A stretch of 64,000 nt of DNA from Octopus vulgaris (taxonomy: Eukaryota), in NCBI GenBank assembly GCA_951406725.2, contig OX597826.1, forward strand, positions 7,254,001 through 7,318,000, in the 5' to 3' direction. The position numbers and the translations under genes are program-made. Positions 1-13,806 of the stretch are shown in pieces (position 1 is the stretch's first letter; the number at the start of each line of letters is the position of its first letter). The notes beneath the pieces are model-generated. The model did not search any database, had not been told where the DNA came from, and saw only the letters and a program-made list of their open reading frames with translations.

Positions 1-1877
1 TTTATCACCCAAGAAAGGATGAAAGGCAAAGTCGGCCGCGGTGAAATTTGAACTCAGAACGTAAAGACGGTTGGAATACCGCTAAGCATTGGTTAAGTAA
101 TATTGACACTATAAAATTCTATCATAACCTTATTATCAATAAATATATCCAGTGCATATTAATAATATAACCAACGATATGAGAGACATATTTATTATTG
201 TCAACATATTGATCTGCTTTGTACTATCATTCAATATGGATAGATTTATTACTTGGTACATATATACATCTAAAGCAGAATGACTAAACTATTTTTAAAT
301 TAAAAAAGCTTATTTACCCAAACAGCATTTCAAAACACAATTAAAATTAATTACGCGAATCTCGCTCCTCCAGTTTTGAAGTATATTAAACATATATAGA
401 TTTCTGGAAAAGACAATACTTTTCCAATTCCGAAATTTTTTTGGGACATAGTACGCATTGACTGAGATTATGGATGCTAAGCAATTAGGATTACGAATGA
501 TCTAAACAACGAAAAGTAGGCCAGAAACAACGTTCACCGGATTACATTTTGAGTATTATTGTTTATGATATCATATAGTACGTAATGGAATTATATACTA
601 TAGTCGCAAACCAGGCAATTGAATAACATATTGCTACATTTTGCAAATACGGTTTAAGAATCAAAATTCTTGGACTGGTTTATCCGATGTAACACATATG
701 CTCAAATATAATTGATTGAGAATATACTATTAATAATAACAATAGCTTCCACGCCTTTGAACTTCAGATCTTTCTCATTTAATAGTCTAATAACTGTGAT
801 ATCCATTCGGAGGTAGTAGTGATGGTGGTGGTGGTTGTGGTGGTGGTAGTGGTGGTGGTGGAGGGTGGCGTCGGGAAATGGTGGAGGGTTGGGAAGTTAT
901 TGTGTATGCAACAGTCTCTTGGCAGCGAAAGCCAGAACGTGAAGGACAATTATACTCGACTCCGTCAATTCAAGTCAAACCCGACATCTGTTGAAGAAAA
1001 TTATCTCTTCTATACCAGAACACAATTGAAAATAGCAAAATTTTTGCAAAGAAAACCAACGGACAACATAACTTACATTGTTTGATATACACATTTATAA
1101 AACAATGGAGGACAAATCGAAAAAGTTATCAGTTTGGCCCATATGTGAGATGTATAAAGAGGCATTTTTCTCTGTAACGTCTATTTTATTTTTTTCCTTT
1201 TTTCTTTTTCAATATAACGAATTCTGGGCAAACAATGTATCAATCGATAATAATTATTCTTCTATGTTGTATTTCGCTCGCAGATAAGCAGTTTTAGGAA
1301 ACCTTTTCTCACCACCCACTCTAAAGACCTTTGACCTTCTAATTGATTACCATTCCTTAATAGATTAGTGTCAAAAACAACATTATATATCACCTTTGAT
1401 AGCAACAGTTTATTCCTTAACAACCAACAACACATTTTACCGCTTTTCACATGGCGTAGCCATATTCTTTTGCATTCATTTTTCCTTTTTGTTTGCTATT
1501 GTTCGTCTTCCTTTCTCTCCATTCACTTTAGTCATCCTCATCACTATCCTCCTATTCCTCCTCCTCCTCCTCCTTTTCTTCCACATCAGCATCATCGCCA
1601 CCATCATCATAATCGACCTCGCCGTCGTCGGCGGCGGTGGCGGCGCCGACATCATCTCTGCACCGTGATATTTATTTTTCTTTTCCATCATAACTTGACT
1701 AATTTGATAACTTATACCTTTTCTTTCTGCATTTCTCTCTCCCTCCCTCTCTCTCACACTCCCTCTCTCTCTCGCTACTTTTCTCATCGTTTTTCTTTGT
1801 TTCATACATTCTCTATTTTACCAATTTCATAATTATTATTTCACCTTATCACACGCACACACTCAGAAACACACACA

Positions 1878-1913
<36 letters not shown>

Positions 1914-2158
1914 TCTTCCACATCTCCTCTTTCCATCTCATTGGCTCTCACGCTACCATTCTAACTGACTTTCTATATTTTACCTAATTAATGATTCTAA
2001 TCATTAACGCCAGGCCCATCACTAACTTTTGAGAGTCTGAAAAAAGTTTATTCACAAATTACAATACAAAAATTCCGTTACCCAAAATCGATTAAGAATT
2101 GGAAAAGGAAACTATAGAGCAAAGAACAAAAAGAAAAAACGAAACCTGAGCAAAGGTA

Positions 2159-2292
<134 letters not shown>

Positions 2293-2401
2293 TAATAATA
2301 AACGAAACGAAGACATAAACACAAAACCAAAGAACTAGACATTTGTCTTAAACAACATATATATATATAGGACACCAAAAGAGTACGTACGACGCCGTAT
2401 G

Positions 2402-2451
<50 letters not shown>

Positions 2452-2989
2452 GATATAAAACAAAACAAAAAATGGAACAAGAATATTACAGGAGACAACA
2501 AAACATCTGGACAGCTAAACAATACAAAAAAGGACAGGAAAAAACGAGGACGGGTCATTCGGAGATTTCTTTCGTCAGTCGATTTCCAGGTCGCCGTTGC
2601 AGCTTCGCCCAGTTACTCTCGAGACTACTCCCATCTGGTCGGCCGCAAGAAGATCTAAGCTAAGAGCACTAGATTCTTCGGAAGAAAGGAAGTGAATGTA
2701 TACGAAAACATAAATACATGCATACATACATACATATGTATAAACTGGGATTTTTAGAAACAGAAATCAACTGGCTATTTCTTACATTACAAGTGCAATC
2801 TGTGAATAGAACAGTAAAAATTTGCAAGACTTTTCTCGAGTTCCAAATATGAATTATTCCGTGTTAACTACATCCCAAAGATGGAGCTGGTATCTTTCTT
2901 GGAAACGAGCTCCCTCCTTAGTGGAAGATTTATAATTATTAAAAAATAGAAGAGGCATACATACATGCACACGTACGTACATACATACA

Positions 2990-3021
<32 letters not shown>

Positions 3022-3875
3022 AAACTACTCACATTTCTTGTCTGACATTGGACCGCGCCGTTCTGGGCAACGCAGTGGAATTTTTAGTCAACAAACTAAT
3101 ACTTTCACTTATTTTTATCGGTTTGATTCGTATTTATTCTTTCGATTTCTTTGGGTGGAACTGCTACAATTAAGGGAACATAAACAAACCAGTACCGTAT
3201 GGACGTAACACAAAATTCAAAGACAGATACATGCATTCTCATAGACACATACACACACAATATTGAATAAAATGTGTTGCTCAAGAACACGATAAACCGC
3301 CCGGTGTGGGATTCGCACTCACAACCACACGATTGCAACCCGACGCTCGAACCTCTGAACCATGCGCCCTCATCCCCCCCACACACACAGAAGCATTTTC
3401 ACACATCCACACACACACACACACACACGAAACAGCAACACTATAAAACAATTTATTTCCAAACGTTGCTATTATACACGTGCGTGTGTGTGCATGTATA
3501 TGTATATATATATATATATATACTCTTTTACTCTTGTACTTGTTTCAGTAATTTGACTGCGGCCATGCTGGAGCACCGCCTTTAGTCGAGTAAATCGACC
3601 CCGGGACTTATTCTTTGTAAGCCCAGTACTTATTCTATCTGTCCCTTTTGCCGAACCGCTAAGTGACGGGGACGTAAACACACCAGCATCGGTTGTCAAG
3701 CAATGCTAGGGGGCCAAACACAGACACACAAACATATATATATATATATATAACAATTTAGGAGTGACCTTAACAGGCCATTCGTCCACCAGAAAGAGCA
3801 GCCATAACTCACACCGCCAAGTAGTAGTAATTCAGAAATTAGGTGAAAATTTAAAAACATTTACCCTAATTCATC

Positions 3876-3973
3876 TTTTAGACGATGCATCGTTTCTGTG
3901 TCATTAATGATTAAATTAGCTTAATTAAATTAAATTAAGCTAATCTACCATAGGTTACACTTCATCAGTAAAA
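3876..3973 (-). ncRNA. Type I hammerhead ribozyme motif (inverted copy)
   Basis: Reverse complement of 4234-4331. Confidence 0.72.
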
Positions 3974-4233
3974 AACCTTGTTATATTTATATATTTAGTC
4001 GTTGACTATTTTCTCTTTTCCACTAGGCCGCTGGTAGCGATAAATTTCTATTGAATTTTTTGCTACCCTAAATTGACTAATTGATAATTTTCTGAATAAT
4101 TCTGAGATTGAATCGGCAGTTTATATTTACTGTTGATAAGTTTGGCGCGAATACGTCAGTCTTGAAAATTTTAAGACAGATATTCCGGAGGCATCGATAC
4201 AGACGCCTCGTGTATATTTGTCTCTCCCAGGTT

Positions 4234-4331
4234 TTTTACTGATGAAGTGTAACCTATGGTAGATTAGCTTAATTTAATTTAATTAAGCTAATTTAATCAT
4301 TAATGACACAGAAACGATGCATCGTCTAAAA
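4234..4331 (+). ncRNA. Type I hammerhead ribozyme motif
   Basis: Stem I tttta/taaaa. Core CTGATGA at 4239-4245. Long stem II (gtgt..acac with internal ttagcttaat/attaagctaa hairpin). GAAA at 4311-4314. Palindromic helix III ACGATGCATCGT. GTC cleavage triplet at 4324-4326. Confidence 0.75.
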
Positions 4332-4537
4332 GATGAATTAGGGTAAATGTTTTTAAATTTTCACCTAATTTCTGAATTACTACTACTTGGCGTGGAGTTA
4401 TGGCTGCTCTTCTGGTGGACGAATATAAGGTCACTCCTAAATTGTTATATTTATATATTTAGTCGTTGACTATTTTCTCTTTCCACAAGGCCGCTGGTAG
4501 CGATAAATTTCTATTGGATTTTTTGCTACCCTAAATT

Positions 4538-4582
<45 letters not shown>

Positions 4583-4726
4583 TACGACAGGCTTCTTTCA
4601 GTTTCCGTCTACCAAATCCACTCACAAGTCTTTGGTCGGCCCGAGGCCCAAGATGCCACGCAGTGGGACTGAACCCAGAACCATGTGGTTGGTTAGCAAG
4701 CTACTTACCACACAGCCACTCCTGCG

Positions 4727-4798
<72 letters not shown>

Positions 4799-5314
4799 TA
4801 TGTATGCATGTATGTATGTATGTATGTATGCATGTATGTATGTGTAAGTGTGTGCGTGTATTAAAAAGCAATATTATAGAATAATTTAGTTCTAAGCAAT
4901 GTTATTTATTTGAACGAAATGCTATTAGAGTAGGAAATCGCCATATCTAGACAAAACTACCGATCTAAGCAAGTAATAAGTTTGTGAATTTATTTGTTTA
5001 GAAGTAAGTGTTAAACGTATGCTTAGAAAATGTTGAAATTATTAGAACAGCGGAACCGTTTGTTTGTTAGGTTGAATGAATAGATTGATGACTTTTGGTG
5101 TTTTTTACTGACGAGTGATCACGTATTAGTGCATTACTATAACTAATTACTATAGCTTTGCAACGGCATCGCTAGCATAGCCAATTAGGTGATAATCTAG
5201 ATATGGTTATTGATAATTTAAAAAAAAACTATCTAACGTAATGACTTATACATTCGCTAATGATATTGCTTGACTACAACAAAAGAAACACCTGTTTGTA
5301 ATACTAGGAAGTAA

Positions 5315-5375
<61 letters not shown>

Positions 5376-6963
5376 TGTTCTTGTTTTTGCTGCAGTAGTA
5401 AAAATAATAATAGTTTTCAAATGTTGGCACAAAGTCAGTAGTTTCCGAGTGGTGGGAGGTAAGTCGGTTACATCAACCCCAGTACTCAACTGGTACTTAT
5501 TTTATCGACACCTCGAAAGAATGAAAGGTGAAGTCGACTTCATTGGCATTTGATCTCAGAACGCAATGATGGACGATATGCCGCTAAGCAATTTGCCAGC
5601 CTAGTGCGCTAACCTTCGTACCAGCTCGTTGCCTTAACAAAATCATCATCATCATCATCATCAACAACATCAACAACAACAACAACAGTAATTATAATAA
5701 CTGTAATGGTATGGTTTTAAATCTTTTTCCCAATGCTGCCAACTTTGAACGGATGTGTATTGTTGGTTCCGTAGTCAACAATGTTTAAGTGAAATTTGGA
5801 ACTTTATTTTGTGAATTTCGAGAAAGTGAATGATAAAGTTAACCAAGGGGAAATTTGAACTCAGAGTATGAAAGTTGAAGAGAATAAAGCAAAGCATTTT
5901 CTCGACACAATAGTGATTCTACCAGTTCTAAATATAGTTACTCCAAATTTCGGCCCCGGGCAGCTCATTTGAGAGAATGGGGTAAGTCGATTACAACGAC
6001 AACAACACACTTGACTTGTATGTTATTCTATCACAGACGAAAGGAATTTGAAATCAGAGAGTAATGACTGGAAAAAAAAAAACACATTTCCTTAAGCATT
6101 TTGTTCGACGCGCTAAAGATTCTGCCAGCTCCAATGCAAAATTTCAGTCTGAGATAGTTAAAAACCATATTTCCACAAGATTCGAACCGATAGTTTTGAT
6201 TATTCATAACAGGGAATGGTGTCAATTTGACACAATGGTTATTCTGTTTACAAGAACAATCTTTGAGATAAGAATTGTTGTGCAATTCAGTCTGCTGTGT
6301 TTATTACGAATACAAAATATGTTTTGTTTTGGTAAGAAATAGATAAATTGATTTAAACATAAATAATTTTGTGTTACACTTAGAAATACTAACAGACAAA
6401 AACAATCAAACAGAACCAGACACGATCATATACAGTTTGGCTGTATTTAGGCTGGTAAAGAGATCTCACGCATACAGAACCGAATGCATGTAAAAACATT
6501 CGTATAGACGAACGTAAGGATATTTATTAGAATAATGTTATTAGAATGATAGTCTTATCATTGAGGTTACATAAGTGATTTACGTAAATCGAGTTTCAGA
6601 TATAACCGTCAATTTCGACAGTGCAAACTTCTAATTATACATAAATAAATATATACACACTTAAAAAGAGACACAAACACGCAAACAAATATACACCTAT
6701 AGATCTAAATATATGTACATGTACATACTATATATACAATCATATACGCATGTATATGTGTGCAATTGATATATAATATATATATATATATATGTAGATA
6801 TATATATTTAAATATATATATATACGTACGTATATACGTACATTTATACACACATATATTTTTATTTATATGTGTGTGTCTGTATGTATGTGTGTGTATT
6901 ATACATACATGAATAGAACAAAACACATTCGTACACACCATCATACATATGCATATATATATG

Positions 6964-6994
<31 letters not shown>

Positions 6995-7299
6995 GCATAT
7001 ATATTTGCATATTTAAATACATTCATCAATCTACATATCGAGTTGTGATGAATGTGTACAAACACAAACACACACACGCACACACACACACACACACACG
7101 CACACACACACATACACACACGCACACAGAGGCATTCATATATACATACGTACTGACAGACAAAAAAGCTTACTCATAAATATATACACCATTCTATGTA
7201 TATGCGTGCTTGTGCCATAAACACAGACACACACACACACATAAATATATATCTATACATATATTCACAAATTCCACTCCATTGAAAATTTCTGGTCGT

Positions 7300-7595
7300 G
7301 GTTATTATTAATATTCATACACATACAACAGATGGAACTGGTAGAAAAGAACAAATCCTAACATCGGGCCACAGCGAGTAACCTTAGGTGCCAAGAACTC
7401 GCCTCTCTCTTCACGCTGTCCCTAATAACACTGTTTTCTGCAGCTGTACTAAACTGGGTTTTATACCTATTTCCTCTATACATCTGTTCAGATCCGTAGG
7501 GATTCTTCCCAATGCACCTACAACAACTGGGAGACATTTTACCCGCACTTTCCATAGTCTCTGTAATTCAATAGCTAGGTCTCGGTACTTTGCTA
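7300..7595 (-). mobile_element. 3' end of an R4/Dong-type LINE
   Basis: KYRDLAIELQRLW..PVVVGALG..LQKTVLLGTA, abutting (ATT)n. Confidence 0.85.
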
Positions 7596-7638
7596 TTATT
7601 ATCATTATTATTATTATTATTGTTATTATTATTATTAT

Positions 7639-7679
<41 letters not shown>

Positions 7680-7719
7680 GAGTGAGAGAGCAGTTCATGC
7701 CATCAAAGTGACACTGGGG

Positions 7720-7915
7720 TATGTTATATGTGTTTGTAAGTCCTGGTGTTTTTGTTATGTATTTGTCTGAATATTTTTTTATCATGCCATGACTACCCGT
7801 ATGATAGGAATTGTTTCTGTTTTATTCCACATTCTATTATCTATTTCCAGGTCTGTTGTATTATGAGAGTTTCTTATTTTTTTAGAGACACGTTGTCATC
7901 TATTGATACACACGT
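7720..7915 (-). mobile_element. Decayed RLE-domain fragment of another R4/Dong-type LINE
   Basis: Minus-strand remnants DDNVSLK..DLEI..RMW..TETIPII..KKYSDKYITKTPGL, with frameshifts. Confidence 0.6.
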
Positions 7916-7946
7916 TTCATTATTATTACGTTGTCATCTATTATTG

Positions 7947-8007
<61 letters not shown>

Positions 8008-8141
8008 GTGAGAGAGCAGTTCATGCCATCAAAGTGACACTGGGGTAAAATATACGAAGCCCAATATACCCATCATGACTACCCGTCTGATAAGGGTTAT
8101 TATTATTATTATTATTATTGTTGTTGTTGTTGTTGTTGTTA

Positions 8142-8211
<70 letters not shown>

Positions 8212-8218
8212 AATCATT

Positions 8219-8745
8219 GAGTGAGAGAGCAGTTCATGCCATCAAAGTGACAATGAAGTAGAATATACGAAGCCCAGTATACCCATCATGACTACACGTC
8301 TGATAAAGGTACACTAGCACATGCATCACAACCATATGTGCGCGACATGGTGATCTCATATCAAGAGAAACAGCGCATGACCTTGCAGGTAGAGCCCAGT
8401 TAGAATTTTCTTCTGGTCAAGTAGACCATCCCGTTCAAAAGGTCGCTGAATAAGGATTGTTTAAGGACGTTGAACGAACTACCCATGATTCCAAAGGTGA
8501 ATTATCCAAACCTCTAAGAATTCCTTTCAAAACACGGCTATGATGCTCCTCCACTACTTCTGCTCATGATCAGAGATGCGTCAGTCACTAAGGGACATAC
8601 TAAACTGGTTAAGGTCAAACAACTGACAAGCAAATCTGTGGTATTGAGCAGATATCTGCTGTAGCCCATCTTTTATACCAAGACAAAACAATGTACATGA
8701 TAACACTTCCAATCAGTTAAGATCAGAAGCCATGAGAGCCACTCA
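8219..8745 (-). mobile_element. ~530-bp non-coding retroposon ending in (AAT)n. Shorter 3' fragments at 7680-7720 and 8008-8097.
   Basis: Reverse-complement homologue of 57960-58508. All copies abut (ATT)n at the same end (gagtgagagagcagttcatgccatcaaagtgacac). Confidence 0.8.
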
Positions 8746-9164
8746 CCCTCGCTACCCCTGCCTCGTTATAATATTTTTGTTTTGTTTGAATGTGAAAAAA
8801 ATTCTTTTGTATGAATTTTACAAGTGCTCAGTTTCTACCCTCAGTTTCCAATAGAGGGGCTCAGGTTTGTACGGACGTTTTATATTGCACAATTGCGTAG
8901 AATTTTATAAGTGTTCGCACTTCTCGTATTGTAAAACATTTCTTCCTAGTGAGATAATTGTGAGATGTGCTTGTATGCCACCATCTTGCGCTCCTCTAAG
9001 AAAAATGTCCATGAAAATATTGACACCAAAAATATATACATACACACACGCGCACACATTTGTATGTATGTATGTATGTATGTATGTATGTATGTATGTA
9101 TGTATGTATGTATGTATATGAATGCATATGTATATACATCCATATATATATTTATATATATATT

Positions 9165-9211
<47 letters not shown>

Positions 9212-9879
9212 TTCGTCTTGTTTTTCTGTAAATTTCAACTATATATATTATATACGTATATATATATATATATATATATTACAATTAAATTAGAAAACTT
9301 TGGCTAACAAAATAATCATGAATTTTATAAATTTAGTATCAGTTACCTGAATTTTTATTCATGTGAGGGTCACAAACAGACTCTATCTATATGTTTATTC
9401 AGAGAACCAAAAACTAAGAAAAAAGAAATGCAAAGGAGAGCGGGAGCTGCTTTAAAAGGGACAGTTCGTTCGTTCTAGACTGCACAATATGCAGAGGAAT
9501 GGCGAAGGAAGAATGTAAGATTAAGCGTTTAGCTCAATGTTTGCGTTTGTGTGACGGAAGAGAGAGCCAGTGCGTATCAGCATACTGACAAATGTATCTA
9601 GTGAAGAAGGAACTCTATGGACATACAAGTCCTATTGGTCCTCAACACTAATGAAAGGAAAGCAAACAAGAATGCCGAAAGGAAAAATCGGGGTAATTGA
9701 TGAAACAATGATGAAAGAGAAACCTTTTTTTCCATCGTGATGACGTCAGACACCACAAAAATAGCAAGTTATTACATCAGTAAACTAAAGCAAAATGAAG
9801 TGGTGACAATAGCTTAAGCCTCTAATTTCGTATTTACTGAAATGTGGTTAGGATTAAATTTGCCTCCCTCTTTGAAATG

Positions 9880-10740
9880 AAGACAGTAAGATATCTATAG
9901 AGGCTTGAACAGGGGTGGTGATTCTATGTGTATTTTCCGTTACATTTACCCAAACGCCGTAATTTGCCTTGAATGTTCTGGTGAGCTTGCTTTTTCGTTC
10001 ATTATGGAAATTACGCCTGATAACTGGTCAGAAAAAAAAGCATGTCTTATCAGCCACATTCTTTATTGATGGTTGCATTGCTTTCCACGGCAAGAGCAAA
10101 TTTCTTTTCGCCTGTCAGTGAGGCAATGTCGAAAGAGATTGCATAGTAAACATTCCTGAGGGGTTTGAAGGCAGACATATTCGGCTTCAGGAAATTCTGC
10201 TTCAAAATCTTCAGATGACACTCGCAGAAGCTGAAGGCGGAAAATATTTGTTGTAAAATTGCAAAAAGTTAAGCCGGAGGAATAACGTATATCTCGAATT
10301 CTGCGTCTGTAGGTCGGAGAACACTGCTTGGATAAAACAGTTTTATATTGGTTAATTCCTGATTTGTGAAGTTCCTTACTTAACAGTGGCTGGAAGATCA
10401 ACTTTTTGAATAAGGTGAAAACTTCAACATGCCTCATGCAGAAACAAGACAGCGAAGTAACCACGCGTCGATTTTATCACGCTTCTATTATTAGCCGCTG
10501 TCCAAAAATGTCATTAAGATGCTACCTGAAGCTGAAACATGATGTTCTTGCTAAAACAATATAGAATGTTATCCGCAGAAAAATCTGTTCTGGGGTAAAA
10601 ATAAGCAAATACCTCTGCTATAGAATGCATACATATCAACACAAAGGATATTAGTGAAATATTTTCATTCAAACATCAGCTAAGTAGACAACAGAAATCA
10701 GAAGCAAAGTTCATGTATAGTTACAATGTAATATCCCATA
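9880..10740 (+). mobile_element. Heavily decayed RLE-type LINE (RT and C-terminal remnants)
   Basis: Remnants IYRG..GDS, ISHILFID, CxLC, IISRCPKMS..LKHDVLAKTI across frameshifts. Confidence 0.5.
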
Positions 10741-10743
10741 ATT

Positions 10744-10895
10744 GTGAAGGCGCATGGCTCAGTGGTAAGAGCATCGAGCTTACGATCGTGAGGTTATGAG
10801 TTCGAATCCTGCACCGAGCTGCGTGATTTATTCTTGAGCAAGACACTTTATTTCACGTTGCTCCAGTTCACTCAGCTGTAGAAATGAGTTGCGAC
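10744..10895 (+). mobile_element. tRNA-derived SINE head and central domain (fourth family). Related copies at 3270-3372(-), 22520-22720(-) and 31160-31380(-).
   Basis: tggctcagtggtaagagc A-box, gagttcgaatcc B-box, then cttgagcaagacactt..ctccagttcactcagctg. Confidence 0.75.
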
Positions 10896-12429
10896 ATCAT
10901 AGAGTACAAGTTAATATTTTGGGGACGAAAAGTTACCCACCTGTTATTATGTTTCAAGACGAATTCCACACCTGGTTTTGAGTAAGATCCAAAAAGAAAA
11001 TGCTATGTCTCTATCAAAACCAGTCATTAATTTCCAAAAACATCACTTGTGTGTGATATTTAACCGGACACTTCGCACTGTTGATCACCAGTAGAATAAA
11101 ATCACGTAATACGGAAATTCCGGTGCCTACGACAGACAATTCTCGTCTGCTACGATCTGTGCGTGTGATTTAATGCACTATATGGGAGGAACTATTTATA
11201 TATCTATTTATTTATCTGTCTGTCTGTCTCTGTCTGTCTCCCCCCCTCTCTCTCTCTCTTCCTTCTTTCCTTCTTTCCTGAGCGTCCAATAATACTACAT
11301 TTGTTCCACGTCCTCGCGTTGTTGTGCTTTCTTGTTTGGATTAACTATATATATATATGTATATACACGAAAATTCGTGAAGCGTTCCATATTTTTCTCA
11401 TTCACTAATCCGAGGCTATAGTAGAAGACACTTGCCCAAGGTGCCACGCAGTGGGACTGAACCCGGAACCATGTGGTTGATAAGCAAGCTGCTTACCACA
11501 CAGCCCCTCCTACGCCTGTTTGTATTTGTATCAACTTTTGTGTGTGTTTGATTTTTATTTGTGAGTGTGTGCATGCGTGTGTGTTTACAAGTATGTTTGT
11601 ATATATGTATACTTATGTATGCTTATGTATACATTATATATGCACATACACGATCGCCATGGTTGATGGTGTGGCATATACTGCAACAACAGGCATTTTG
11701 ACGCATTATATCCACGAACAACTTACAATTGTTGTTGGAATCAATGTTGCTGTTGCTTTTGTTGTTGTCGTTGTTGTTGCCGCCAAGGCAACCGTTGTTG
11801 TGGTTGTTGTCTTTGTTACTGCTCTACTTGTTGCTTATCATGATATCTCACTCATAACCTAAATCGAAAGTAAATTCTATTCAACGAAGAAACAAAACCG
11901 CTCTCTGATCTTATATGAGAACATATTTTATTAGATTCTTAAGGCTCAGTGTTTCTCTTGTTAAGAAAAATGATCAATTAATATACGTGTCATCCTTGTC
12001 AGATAACATTACTCCGAAATCACTTAGACGTATAAACTTTTGCTAACTTTCTGATTAGTTGCCAGTACGCTGTTGTATCCGAAACGACTAATGGCTCGCT
12101 CAAGACATATGTTTACACAGAAGGATGTTGCTATAGATTAGATTTGAACAGGACGGTGAAATATGGAGGCTTGAGTTTGGAGGTTAAATATTAAGAGATA
12201 AATTGTTCTAACGACGTACAATCGACATAAGAAAGAAAAACAAAAAAAAAAAAAAGAGAAAGATACAGAAAGACAAAAGAAAGAATGAAGGAAAAGAAAA
12301 GCGGTAAAGACTCCTATGTTGTAATTGACTATTGTGACTTAGAAGTTTACACTGGATTACTAATATTGTGCGATGTACATGTTCATACGTTTGAGTATAT
12401 ACATACTTATATACACACACACACAATCT

Positions 12430-12465
<36 letters not shown>

Positions 12466-12516
12466 ATATATATACACACACACACACACACATATATATA
12501 CATATATATATGTATC

Positions 12517-12613
<97 letters not shown>

Positions 12614-12747
12614 GCGACATTCAATCATATAAAGATATATACGCAACATAAACGCGTTACACACAAAAAAAACATATACATACACACTTTCTTTCTCACA
12701 CACACACATATATATGTCAATATATATAAGTTATACATATATATGTA

Positions 12748-12796
<49 letters not shown>

Positions 12797-13130
12797 GTAA
12801 GTCAAGTCACATATCTCATGTGTTTTTGTGTTCATGTTTCACATCGGGATTAATCTTTTACTTTCAAATAGATTCTTACAAAACAAATCTTAAACATTCT
12901 ACAAAATCTTGGCTATTTAAAGTTTCCATATATTTCTATGTTTTAACCAATGAGTAGTTTGCTGCGGAAAGAAGCTCAAAGTTATACACCATACATTCGT
13001 GACGTTACGCAATGGACATGCATCTTATACTTCTTTGAAACTCCTTTTAAACCAGTTGTTTGGCAGTCATATAATACACAAATACATCATTAAGACTTTA
13101 TTAAAACCTGAATTGTCTTATCCATTCCAG

Positions 13131-13806
13131 GTACTTGCATACAGTGTCAAACCTAGCTATGGACCAATTCACGTACGCCTCTCTGGGATATATAAAGTAA
13201 AGTAGAAACCATTCAAATAGGCCGGGGCAAAATCCCTTCCACTCAAATTTGTGGGCCATGTGCCTAAACAATAAGAAAAAAGTGGAAATTTTACCGGTGA
13301 GTGTGTTACATTATAAGGCACAAAAAGTAAATGACTCTCCCCAGATACAACTGAATATGCTTCAACACACGAACTCATATAACGAATCTTGCAAACCAAA
13401 TCCCAAAACGAAACAGTTATATCTTATTTGGTATGAATTGCTAAATGGTTATGGTGTTGCACATATGGATCGTGAGATCGTGATTTCGATTTCAGGACGT
13501 GTTTTCTTTAAGAAAATCCTTCTTTTTACTTTGTTCCAGTTAGTTAAGTTTCGAATTAGTTCTAACAACACAACATCGGGGAAATTACCCCTTCGGCAAA
13601 CCCGTGTCTTGCTCCATTGTTGGTTTTGCAACCCCAGTCACTTTTACGACTGGAAACCGGGTTACGAGTCCTTGGGCTTAAGACAAAAGTAAGCTCCTCG
13701 ACGTGAATCTACCAACCAGTATGCAAATAAGTTAAATCCGGGCTGGATTGAGAAACGTTTTCTAAACCCAGATACGCATAAGCTATTTCGTCTTGGTATG
13801 GATTGA
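13131..13806 (+). pseudogene. Possible two-exon pseudogene or non-coding transcript with a stop-interrupted single reading frame
   Basis: Acceptor ttccAG at 13130, ATG at 13159, donor GTGAGT at 13297, acceptor ctttttactttgttccAG at 13539. One frame runs to TGA at 13804, with internal TAA at 13198 and 13690. Confidence 0.35.

Larger units (their letters stand above)
3752..4542. mobile_element. Penelope-like non-autonomous element with inverted plus direct pLTR copies, inserted in (TA)n inside a SINE
   Basis: 3752-3978 is the reverse complement of 4229-4446. 3978-4079 is directly repeated at 4442-4542. Both arms contain a hammerhead motif, and both flanks are (TA)n. Confidence 0.8.
3522..4730 (-). 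mobile_element. Same SINE family, split into 3522-3735 and 4583-4730 by the Penelope-like insertion
   Basis: The two halves are contiguous parts of the 39858-40268 consensus on either side of its internal microsatellite. Confidence 0.85.

Noticed and set aside
1368-1832. His/Pro/Arg-rich 154-aa ORF and overlapping ORFs
   Set aside because: Low-complexity trinucleotide runs leave several frames open on both strands.
5105-5130. CTGACGA-GTGATCAC hammerhead-like start
   Set aside because: It is followed by GTAT instead of GAAA and has no helix III.
9741-9748. Perfect CRE TGACGTCA
   Set aside because: A single 8-mer is expected by chance in 64 kb, and there is no adjacent gene.
10063-10464. 133-aa Cys-rich minus-strand ORF
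   Set aside because: It lies antisense to a decayed LINE remnant and has no splice or family support.
10748-10820. tRNA-like sequence
   Set aside because: It lacks a proper acceptor stem and continues into a SINE body, so it is a SINE head. The same applies to 51785-51857.
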